NCBI RefSeq assembly: GCF_009834535.1
Contig: NC_045697.1
Coordinates: forward strand, 64,110,001 to 64,174,000
Length of the DNA stretch: 64,000 nucleotides
Source: Camelus ferus
Lineage: Eukaryota
Reading direction: 5' to 3'
Shown one piece after another: positions 53,651-64,000 of the stretch (its first letter is position 1; the number at the start of each line of letters is the position of its first letter). The translations under genes were made by a program, and so were the position numbers. Under the pieces are notes generated by a model. That model saw nothing but the letters and a program-made list of their open reading frames with translations, made no database searches and was not told where the DNA came from.

Positions 53651-54984
53651 TACCTCCAAGACTCCCTTTTCTAAATTCCTAGAAAACCTGCTAGACTGTT
53701 TAAAGCTTATTTTTACACTCTTTCCAGAGCCGTCCGTGTTGACGAGCACTGCCGCTGAGCTAGCCGAGTGTCCTGCACATGTATTTGCTATTTAAAAATG
53801 GCAGTTAGTATATTTTCTCCCAAAATATAAGAGCTAGCACTATTTTTGAGAACAGGTAAAGCTGAAATCAATATAATGTTATTTCAGAGTACCTGGAGGC
53901 CATGTGCTTTCATTGTCAAAGGGACAATCTTTCTGAATTGGTAGAGCACTGATTAAGAAGAAATAAATGTGTTATTTATAATTCCCTGCTGCCTTCTAAA
54001 GACCCAAAACCCCAGAGAATTCTTTATTTTATGAGTGGACATTGTATCTGAATATGTGCATTTGGAGGAAATAGAGTAAAATTAGTGTGCTTTAAAAAAT
54101 AAAGGCACAGAGAAAATAAAGAGCAGGGAAAAGTGTACAAAGGCAGGTAGAGAATGTCATATTAATGGGAGTAAGAGACATGCTTAGGGTGGAGTCATGT
54201 CAAGAGACAATTAAGGAAATTTTATACTATGAAGGAAGTAGTGTAGCCCCACGTACTTTTCCCCCTTTGAAATCTCTAGTTTAATCTATATTAGCGACTA
54301 TTGCTTTGTAGGGTGAGTTATTTCAAGAGAACGGCTGAGTGCTGCTTCAAAGTTGGCTTGGAAGAAAATCAGAAGCTGTGCAAGGGGCACAGATTACATT
54401 TAGTATTATAGTTTATTTAGTATCTACTGTAGATGAGCAGATGGATGCAATCAGTGGTTTTACATTTAAGATCTGATTCTGCTAGCAATTGGAAAGGGAC
54501 ACTAAAGGTACCACTCATGCTCTTGATGAGGACAAAATAGAAGAGAGTGACAAAGAATGAGTCACTTCATGGCATAACTGGATATTTTGTGCAGGTCCCT
54601 TGTTACAAATATAAAACCAACATACTGTATCGTGTGTCATTCACTATCTATAGCCAAATTCCTTTCAACCATCAAGACCAGTGTATACTCAATGATAAAC
54701 AGCAGACATAATAAGGGTAACTTTAATCTCTTGAAACTGCAGTGTTGTCTGTGTGTGTAATTCTTCATGGAGTACTAAAACTATATTTTTGATTAAAATT
54801 AAAGTTAGTAGTTTATTAATGGAAGAATGTTAGTTAGACACCTTAAAAGAAAAGCACAATGAGAAGTAATGGTTTCCAAGTTTTTCCTCCAGGAATATTT
54901 CATTGCTGAAAGCCTACCTCTTCAAAGCAGCTAGCCATGATTTTGCCGGAGGAAGTTTATTTGTGGTTACTCACAGTGATAAAC

Positions 54985-55170
54985 CTTCACTGACTTGGGT
55001 TTAATCCTGACTCTGCTATTTACTCAACTGTATGATCTTGCCAAATTACCTAAGTCTCAATTTGCTTATCTATACATTGGGAGTGGTTAGTTCCACCAAT
55101 TACATAGAGTTTTTTGAGAAATAAATTATAGCTGATGTAAAAACAATAAAATATGGCCTAATAGGAGTTA
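54985..55170 (+). mobile_element. MIR fragment
   Basis: gacttgggtttaatcctgactctgctatttact...tgtatgatcttgccaaattac. Confidence 0.65.
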
Positions 55171-56589
55171 CAAATATGCAAATAGGCAATAATAATAGAC
55201 TATGGTATTAAATGTACCATAAAGCTCAACTAAAGGGGCTTCTAATCCAGACTTGAGAGTTTCCTTAAAAGAAACCACAGAAACGTTCCTTAAGAATATG
55301 ATAATTAAACTGATAACAGAAAACTGGGCAGCTGTGTGAAGAGGGTAGGAAGGGAAAGAAGAGTTCATATAGAATGATCAGATGTGGAGTGGTTCTGAGA
55401 TGGGAGAGGACAAAATATAGATTATGATAATGATTTCTTATATTTCTTCTTGGCACTCACTACCCTGTGATTTAGCTTTTTAAAGTATTTTTCCCTGTTA
55501 CATTGTAAATTCCATCAGAAAAGTGACCCATCTGTCTTGTCCACCAGTCAAAAGTGTCACTCCAAAAATTTTTATAAACTATTTGACAATTAAACACTAC
55601 TTTCATTGTTGTCAATACCTTATTCTGTAGAATTTATTTTGGGAAAAATGAATCCAATCTATTTTGATTGTCTTTCATCACATAAGAAGTTAGAGGTGAA
55701 GTGTGCTTTAAAATGAAGTTGGTGCTTCAATTTTTAGTCTGTTTATTCCCTCCAGGGACCCCCTTTTCTTTAAGGATAGAATGTGATGTTCTACCTAAAC
55801 TAAGATGAAAAGAGTTTGTTAAGTTTATTCCCATGGAGGAATACATGATTATTAATTTCTCATCAACATCTTCAAGGGGTATTAGATATTTAATAAAAAG
55901 CAACATGTCATACATTTTTAATTCTACAATATCAGATACAAGCTAGTATCTTGATGAGACAAGGAAATTGTGTTCTTCTGTTTATTATTACAATTAATTT
56001 GCTTTTGATTTTTGTCTTTCATTATAGGCTTAAGTATTGATGAGAGGTAGGGGAAATGAGAATAAGCCTACTTTGTGTTATCTTTGTAAATAATGAATAA
56101 TCAATAGGTAGAACATATATTTATTTTATTTGTCAACAAGTTATTGAAGGTAACCTACATGTAATCTTATATTATGAGAACTCCCATAATTTTTTAAAAA
56201 GTTATGTGAATTTCTACTCAAGTATAATTCTTTTAAAAAAATTGACAATTCAGATTTTCCTAAAAACAGTAGTTTTAGTAAGAACAAATTTAAAGATGTA
56301 AATCGGAATTTTCTGTTAAAAACTAGTAAGGATTCCTCATTATCAGTTTTCATATAAACTCTCTAAGCTATTGCCCAAGTTTGGGTGATACTTTTTCTAT
56401 TTATTACATTAAAAAAAAAATCAGCAGACATTGGAATGGCTCAAACTCTTAAGGAATGTTCAGTATTAGGCAGCTTTGTTGCTGCTAACTGCTAAGTTCC
56501 CTAGTGAGACAATGGTTATTGCTCTATGTGTTTATGTGTGTGTCGGGGGTGGTGAGAAAGACAGAGACAGAGAGGTACGTGGTGAGTGA

Positions 56590-57470
56590 CATTAAAATCC
56601 TATAGATAATTGTAAAATATTAAGAACAACATTTTAACAACAAATTTTTCAATTTTAATGAAATAGATGAATTTCTTGAACAGCACACATTAAAAATTGA
56701 TATAAAAAGAAATAGAAAATATAATTAGACATACTTATTAAGTAATAAAATCTGTTGTCAAAAATTTCTTACAAAAAATTCTAGATTCAGTTTCTCTGAT
56801 AAATGTTATCAAATATAAAGGATGAATTATTACTCCCTACAAAACTTTCAGAAAATGGAAAACATTTTCTAACTTGTTTTCTGAGGACAGAATGACTCTG
56901 ATATGACCTGACAATGATTTACAAGGAAAAAATTAGACCAATTTTACTTGGGAACAATTTATAGGCAAAATATCAGAAAATCCAATCCAGTAACATGTAA
57001 AAATAATAACATAAAAATTATGACTAGGTGGAAATATAAGTTTTATGGTTTTGGTTTTGTTGTTTTTGGTAATATTTGAAAAATCAATGTAACTTACTAA
57101 ATTAATAGTTTAAAGGAGAAAAACTAAAAGATCATGTCAATATGATGCAGATAAATCTGTGCAGATAAATTCGATTTAATTCATGTTTTAAACAAGTATG
57201 ATTCTATTCATATGAAGTTCAAGAACAAGTCAAAATAATGGCATTAAAAATCACAACAATGATTGCCTTAGAAAAGTGGAAACTGCCTGGAAAGTACACA
57301 ATGGGCCTTTCTGGTGTGATGGAAATATCCCATACCTTAATTATTTAGTGGTTTCATGAGTGTATTCATTTATTTACACTAGTCAAGTTTTACACTTAGG
57401 ATGTGCTCTTTTCCACATATAAATTTCACCTCAACTACAATATTAAAATAAATGAATAAACAATTACCAA
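56590..57470 (+). mobile_element. Very old L1 (L1ME-like) ORF2 and 3' end fragments
   Basis: atgaaatagatgaatttcttgaa, gatgcagataaa, tatgattctattcatatgaagttcaagaacaag. Confidence 0.7.
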
Positions 57471-58104
57471 AAAAAACTTCTGCCTTTTAGTTCACCCATT
57501 TTTCAAAAGCTGATTTCATGCATTGTAAAAAACTGCAATAAAGTTAATAAAAGTTCTATGTAAGTTAGAACTTATTAAAGATGTTTAGCATTTTATCTTA
57601 TTGCCATGTCATATAAGGGTAATCACATTTTGTGAAGAATTTCAGCTTGTTCAAATATTTTCATTCTTTATACATTTGGCACATAATTTCAGACTTCCCT
57701 CTATAATTGTTATGATATTAATATATTACCAAAATACTTACTATAAACAGATTGTGATTGATTTACATTTCACATTATATAAATTTGGTAGTTTTGAAAT
57801 CTATAATTTGGTCCTCATTAAATTCTACAAAAGCATGCAGGAAATTTGAGTAAGAAAGTATAATAATATAGTGAAGATTTCTAGATAAGAATGTTGTGTT
57901 TTTATTTTGGGTATTATTAGTGCACATCAATAATGGAGAAAATTACATTATTATCTAATATTGAAAAAATAAAAGATTTTCGAGAAATTGTTTTACTACC
58001 AATGTTAGTTACTTTCAATTAAAAATATTTAATAGAGAAATATTTAATTTCAATTAAAAATAGTTAATAGAGAATAGAGAAAAGGAAATTATACTATCTG
58101 CCAT

Positions 58105-58582
58105 TAGACTAGTTGCAAAAGTGAAACCAATTCTGCACCTTCTCTGGATCCACCTTCTTAGAAATGATTACATTTCTGCTCCATACATCATGAGGTGGAG
58201 TTTGTGTTCCTGCTCCTTGAATCATATCTTTGGTTTGGCCAACAATGTGGAGGAAATAACACTGTGCCAGTTACAGTGATAGCCTCAAAAGACTCTGGAG
58301 CCAACTTCTGCCATGAACACAAGCTCATGTAAGTCTATAGGTGTATGAGAACCACGTGGAGCAGAGCCCAGTCATTTTCACCAAGGCCAGTCTAAACCAG
58401 TGAAACCCTAGCAGAGCCTGTAGGTCATAACATCTGTATGAACAACCCAACAAAAATCAAGCAAGCCTGCCCAGATTAGCAGAATTTCCCAGACTATCTG
58501 TGTCTCCTACACAAAATAAATGTTATTATTGTTTTAAATAATTAATTTTACAGTAATTAGTTTTGCAACAAAAGCTACATCA
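58105..58582 (+). mobile_element. Old MaLR LTR (MLT1G/H-like)
   Basis: catcatgaggtggagtt, ttggccaaca, ctgtgccagtt, aataaatgttattattgttttaa. Confidence 0.65.
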
Positions 58583-58699
58583 TCATTCAAAATACTAATA
58601 TAATTGACCGATTTTCATCCAAAAATGCAACATACATCTCTACCATGAAATGATATAGATTTCATATTATTTTTCAAATTTAGATCTACCTTCCATCTC

Positions 58700-59850
58700 C
58701 AACTGAGGTTTTTTTTTTTTTGTATAGTCTAAAGTAAGAATCAACTTCTTAATGTAAGTATAACTTATTTTAGCACTATATATTTTAGAGTCCATTATTT
58801 TCCCCACTCATATGTAATTCCTACATTATCCCAATTCCTTATCACATATGTGTGAGTATTTTGGAGATTCAGTTCTGTCTTCCTTTGGTCTATTCAGCTA
58901 TTCCTACACCTCTGCCTGACTAACCTTAAATGCAGTAGGTCTTCACAGATATTGATATCTGGTAGGAGAATTTCCCCACAATTAGTTCTTTCTCTTTAGA
59001 ATTATCTTAGTTATATTTAGTCTTTTGTTCTTCCAGCCAAGCAAATCATACTGTTAAGTTTTGTGAAGGATCATGTTGAATCTTAAATTAGAAAATGCAT
59101 TATAAATTAACTTTGCTAAAATGACATTTCTATGGGATTGAATATCTCTATCCAGGAAACTTTCATTTCCATTTATTTAAATCTGATTTCATATGTTTGA
59201 ATAAAAAGTAACACATGTTTCATTGGAATTATTCTAAGATTCTATATATTTTTACTGCAGACTGGCCAAGTAATTTTATATTATATTTTCGTATTATATT
59301 CTAAGTGATTATTGTTGGTATGAAGGATTACAACTGAAATTTAAAAATTTATAATCAGCAGAATTACTAAATTTACTTTTTATTTTTAATAATTCTTCTG
59401 TAGATGCTGTTTATATGTTTAGATAATATGAAATCCAAATAATAGCTATGTTTCTTCTTTTTTGTTCCTTACACAAATATTTTTTAATTTTCTTATTTCT
59501 TACAGCACTAGCTAGGACTTGCAGGAGTATGCTGGATAAGCACACTATTAGTAAATATTCTTGCCTTTTCATTGTTAAATATAATATCTTCTTCAAGCTT
59601 TTATTAAGATATCTTTTATCATCTTTGGAGTCTCCTTGCATCCTTAGTTTGTAAAGAGTTTTTATCATAAATAATACTAAATTTTGTTGGATGGATATTC
59701 CACAATGAAAAAAATGATCATTTGTTGGTTTTGGTTTAGTAATATTTTCCTTAGGATTTTTTGTATCCATGTTTGTGATTGAGATAGGTTGTAATTTTTT
59801 GAAGGCCCTTTCTGACTATGAAAGTTCAATGAATCTGGTGTCATAAAATG
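58700..59850 (-). mobile_element. Very old L1 (L1ME-like) ORF2 fragment
   Basis: gatatctggtagg, gcactagctaggactt, ttttgtatccatgtttgtga antisense ORF2 motifs. Confidence 0.7.
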
Positions 59851-60375
59851 TATTTCCTGACCACAACACTATGAGACTAGAAATCAGCTACAACAAGAAA
59901 ACAAACAAACAAACAAACACGTGGAGGCTAGTACAAGACAGAAAAAATGACTCACTGAGGAAGTCAAATAAGAAATCAAAAAATACCTGGAGACAAATGA
60001 AAACAAAAATACAACTATCAAAAAACTATGAGATGCACCAAAAGCAGTTTTAAGAGAGAAGGTTATAGTGATAGAACCCTGCCTCAGGTAACAAAATCTC
60101 AAATAAATAAACTAATCTTACACTTAAAGGAACTAGAGAAAGAAAAAAAAATCCAAAATTAGTAGAAGGAAAGAAATCATAAAGATCAGAGCAGGAACAA
60201 ATGAAATAGAAACTTAAAAAACAAAAGAAAAGATGAATGAAACTAAGAGCTGGTTCTTTGTAAAGGTAAACAATATTGATTAAACTTTAGCAAGACTCAT
60301 CAAGAAAAAAAGGGAGAGCCTAAATCAATAAAATCAGAAACGAAGAAGTTACAACAAACACCGCAGAAATGCAAC
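59851..60375 (+). mobile_element. Isolated internal ORF2 fragment of a younger L1
   Basis: gaccacaacactatgagactagaaatc...gaagttacaacaaacaccgcagaaat, closely similar to 27168-27675. Confidence 0.9.
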
Positions 60376-60394
60376 CCTATGTATCTTGTTCATG

Positions 60395-60795
60395 GTCTAT
60401 GGAGTATCGTGCTTCTCCTATTTTTGTTGAGGATTTCATCACTACTTAAATAGCCTTGAAGTATAGAGCCGATATGCTGTCTAATGTTCCTACATGCAAG
60501 AAGGCTGTCTTGTGCCTTACCAAAAAAAAAAAGTGTTATATAAGCTTTGTTCAGATGTGAGTTTTAGTGCTGTTGGCTGTGACTTCAGTATTAAAGAATT
60601 AAAAATATATTAAATAAGATGTCTTTAAAAAGAAACATACTGATCAGGTGATAAACATGTAGCCAAAGTTCTCAACATGAACTTAACCCTGGTTTCCCCC
60701 AGAAGCAATTCTTCAAATGCTTCAGTATTTGCTAATTTGGTGTTTATAGCAACTTTACAGAACATAATTACTATGAAAAGCTAGAACCAAGTTTT
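60395..60795 (+). mobile_element. Tigger4/MER46-like DNA transposon fragment
   Basis: gctgtctaatgttcctacatgcaagaaggctgt, tagtgctgttggctgtga, ttcagtatttgctaatt. Confidence 0.75.
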
Positions 60796-63189
60796 ATATA
60801 TATAATATATAATACAACATGCATATAATTTCTAATGATCTCTAATGCTTTAATCTCTATATAATTGGGGACTAATTATGTATATCTTTTGTAGTAGTCT
60901 AAGATATTAATTTATTACATAAAATATTTAACATGTTAATATTGATGTTTAAACTAATTAATTTGAAAATATTTTGCAATTTATCAACTAGTTTGACTGA
61001 TTTTGATGCAATAAATAAGAACTTTTCATCCTTTACATGGTAATTTTTCATATTCTTTTGATTTTTTTCTGTAAATTCTGTATCTAATGTCTATATGAAG
61101 TTCCTATTACAGCTTTTTGGATATAGAACAGGCTCTTGGTTCTAACTGTATGGCTTATCTGATATCTGTTTAGACTGATACCTATTTAGTGTGTACATTT
61201 CTCAGTGCCTTAAGTATAAACTGAACTATGAAGTGAATTTTGAATACTTACGTAGGTAACCCTTATTTGTGTTGTGGGAGGTTGAAGGAGGTGGCATTAA
61301 CTTCATACTTCCTTACATTAACATATCTGCATTTTTATTTTGTCTTTCTGATCGTAAATCTCAGAGTATCCAAATTTTTTTTTTTTTTTCATTTCAACAA
61401 ACCTGCAGTCAATATCAGTCCTATTTTATCTCACACTTTTGGAGAACTGCTACACCAAGTCACTTATCAGGTTAATCTTCACTGCAGGAGATAAGAAGTG
61501 AAAAGGATTAATCTGGTATTGCAGAGGGTATATGACTTACCACTCTCTCCCTTGATTATCACTATTTATTTTTTTCATCTTTTAAATATTTCTGGTGTCT
61601 CTACACATTATGTTATATAATTTCTATTACCATACTGCTTTTGAGACCATTAGGATGCAAGTAGGTAAATCACATGAGACTTTCTGGTTAATTTTATTAA
61701 TTGATGGTGATACCTGAAATAGTGACAGTTAAAAAACTAATCATATTAATTGATCTCTAAAATAGATTCCATGAAATAGCTGTAGGTTATTTTGCAAGTG
61801 TCAACTGCCTATGCTTGTAGAATGTGATTTTAGATATTTAAAGACCAGATTTGGCTTATTGAAAAACTACAGTAATGTTGTTATCTCCAGTTTTTACTTA
61901 CCACTGGTGAGTTAAAGAAATACTGCAATGTATTTATCTTCATTTACTTAATGTAAATAGGAACAAATCAATTTACACAGTATTAACATTAGTTAACTGT
62001 AATGGAAACAGATTTTTATTAATCCATACTAGGGGCACTTGGAAAATGTACAGAAGTATAGGATATCTAAAAAACCATTTTTTCAACTGGTAATGCTTCA
62101 AATTGTAGCCTGCATACAAATTTCTCAGATCATTTGATATTGTTTTTATATTTTTAACAGATTGGAAATATATTGTTAGTCACTTCATGGGAAGACTTTT
62201 CACATCTAATCGTTACCCTTTTTGCATATTTTTAAATGTTCTTTTAATAAGATGGCTATTTTTGTTAGTGTTTGAACTCTTTTATTCTGATCAAATTAAT
62301 TGAGGTTTCCTTTGGAGACTGTATTGTAGAGTGTTCACTTACAAGCAACTGAATGCATTATTGTATAATTAAGGTAGAAAGGACTTAAGTCCTGCAGGAA
62401 ATTGTGTTTGTACATAATTGCTGGAATGGCAGAAGTTCACCATCTAGGTTCCAGGAACAATTTTTAGCATCCAGATCTATTGTGCCTCTGCCAAAATCAG
62501 AAAAGTTTTCCCTCTCTGCAGAAATTGATGAGTCAAGAATCTGCTGGTTTCAGAACCATTCCACCACCACCATGATCTGTGATACAAAATAGATGTCCTA
62601 CACCCTGCCTTTATCTGATCTAAGCCTTGCTGAAATGTATCTAATAGTTATGAATTAAATTATATTCCAAACTCTAGATGCAAAGAAACCCGGGCATGTA
62701 CTTTTTACTTTTCTGCTATCTGCTCCTGAGAGATTATAGGAGTGGACATGGAGTGAGCCAATCCCCATATTTGCCACAGTCAACAACTATGCAACAGCCA
62801 CACATAAACACATATTCTTCTGCTTATGCTTAAAGTTTTGAGCAACAGTTACAGCAACCACCTGATACTAAATAACCTAACACAAATAATTCCTTGTATG
62901 GTCTCACTCCTTTCTCAAAAGAAGACATTCAAACTCTCATCTATCAAATTTATATATCTGAGTGATGTTCAGTCTCCCTTTTAGCTCAGTAAAAATCTGT
63001 CCTCAATTTCTTGTAACCAAACAATAGCACCACTAGTCCATTCAATATAAAATAATACTGTAAAAAGAGAGATGAAAAATTTTAAAAATTAGATAAATTA
63101 TATAAATACATAACTAATGGAAGGACAAAAATATGGGTAGTTCATATGGTGTTTGTTTCTGCAAGTATAAGACCACAGTTTGTATTCAT

Positions 63190-64000
63190 ACCTTTTTCTC
63201 TACACATATCCCATGCATTTTTGTCCCCACTCATAATCTTAGATGACTTACTATTGCCATTTTGTTAATTGTTGTCTGTTAGTCTTATAGTTCTGTCTGT
63301 TTTTCCTTCTCTTACTGTCTTCATTTGTGTTTTAATTTTTTCATATCATTATGCTTTGATTCCTTTTTCTTCTTCTTTGGAGTAACTATAGGGTGTGTGT
63401 GTGTGTGTGCGTGCGCGCCTTGCAGTTTACTTAAAGTTTAGTTATAACTCTATTTTTAGCTGATAACAACTTAAGCTCAATCACATACAAAACTTTGTTT
63501 AAACTTTTCCCCACCACACTTTATGTTATTCTTGTCACAATTTACATCTATTAATTTTGAATGTCTTTTAACATTTTAATTATAGTTATTTGTAATACTT
63601 TTATCTAATTTTTACTAGGATTAAAAGTTACCTACCACCATTATAATAATACAGTATTCTGTGTTTTTCTATGTATATTTTCCTTTACCAATAAATTTCA
63701 TAATTTTTTACACTACTTAATTACTGTTTAGTGTCCCATCATTTCAGCTTGAAGTGCTCCCTTTAGCATTTTTGTAAGGCAGGTCAGGTGGTAACGAACA
63801 TCCTCTGTTTTTGCTTGTCTAAAAAAAGCTTTATCTATCCCTTATTTCTGAAGGACAGCTTGCCAGGTTAAATATTCTTTGTTGGCAGTTTTTTTTTTCC
63901 CCCTGCACTTCCAATATACCACCCCACTCCCATCTGGTGTGCAATGTTTCTGCTGACAAATCTGCTGATTGTCTTATGGGTGTTCCTTTGCATGTAATAA
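63190..64000 (-). mobile_element. Old L1 fragment (ORF1 C-terminus and inter-ORF region), runs off the window end
   Basis: ctttagcatttttgtaaggcaggtc, tttctgaaggacag, tttctgctgacaaatctgctga; contains (TG)n at about 63393-63416. Confidence 0.8.

Noticed and set aside
53726..53746. Possible REST/RE1 site on the minus strand
   Set aside because: Only about 14 of 21 positions match and the left half-site is broken.
62404..62592. 62-aa ORF with an acceptor-like site on the opposite strand
   Set aside because: All three minus frames hit stops soon after the acceptor and the plus peptide is unrecognisable.
1..64000. Prokaryotic-style systems (CRISPR arrays, operons, retrons) or an intact transposase or RT
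   Set aside because: The sequence is mammalian; no regularly spaced repeats, and all RT and transposase remnants carry stops and frameshifts.

Overview
AT-rich, CpG-depleted placental-mammal DNA with no recognisable host protein-coding exon, RNA gene or CRISPR array; it reads as intronic or intergenic sequence dominated by transposable elements. Main contents: a full-length but inactivated LINE-1 (6419-13030, +) inserted into an older L1MB-like element; a second LINE-1 (24062-29210, +) that keeps its 5' UTR but stops inside ORF2 with no poly(A), yet has a perfect 18-bp target-site duplication and carries a nested younger L1 3' fragment; a decayed ERVL-class pro-pol-dUTPase remnant (about 40380-43570, -); a composite ERV1-like element with an env transmembrane remnant (50860-52148); several MaLR/ERVL LTRs, hAT and Tigger DNA transposons, L2 and MIR pieces. 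The young L1 3' ends and the apparent lack of Alu, Bov, PRE-1, CanSINE or ERE SINEs suggest a camelid genome (inference). Repeat family names come from recalled consensus sequences, not a database search, and boundaries without a stated TSD are approximate. I found no evidence of a novel biological system. The most notable items are the 3'-truncated L1 with a perfect TSD and a CpG-retaining, non-repeat segment next to a minus-strand splice donor near 31.1-31.4 kb.
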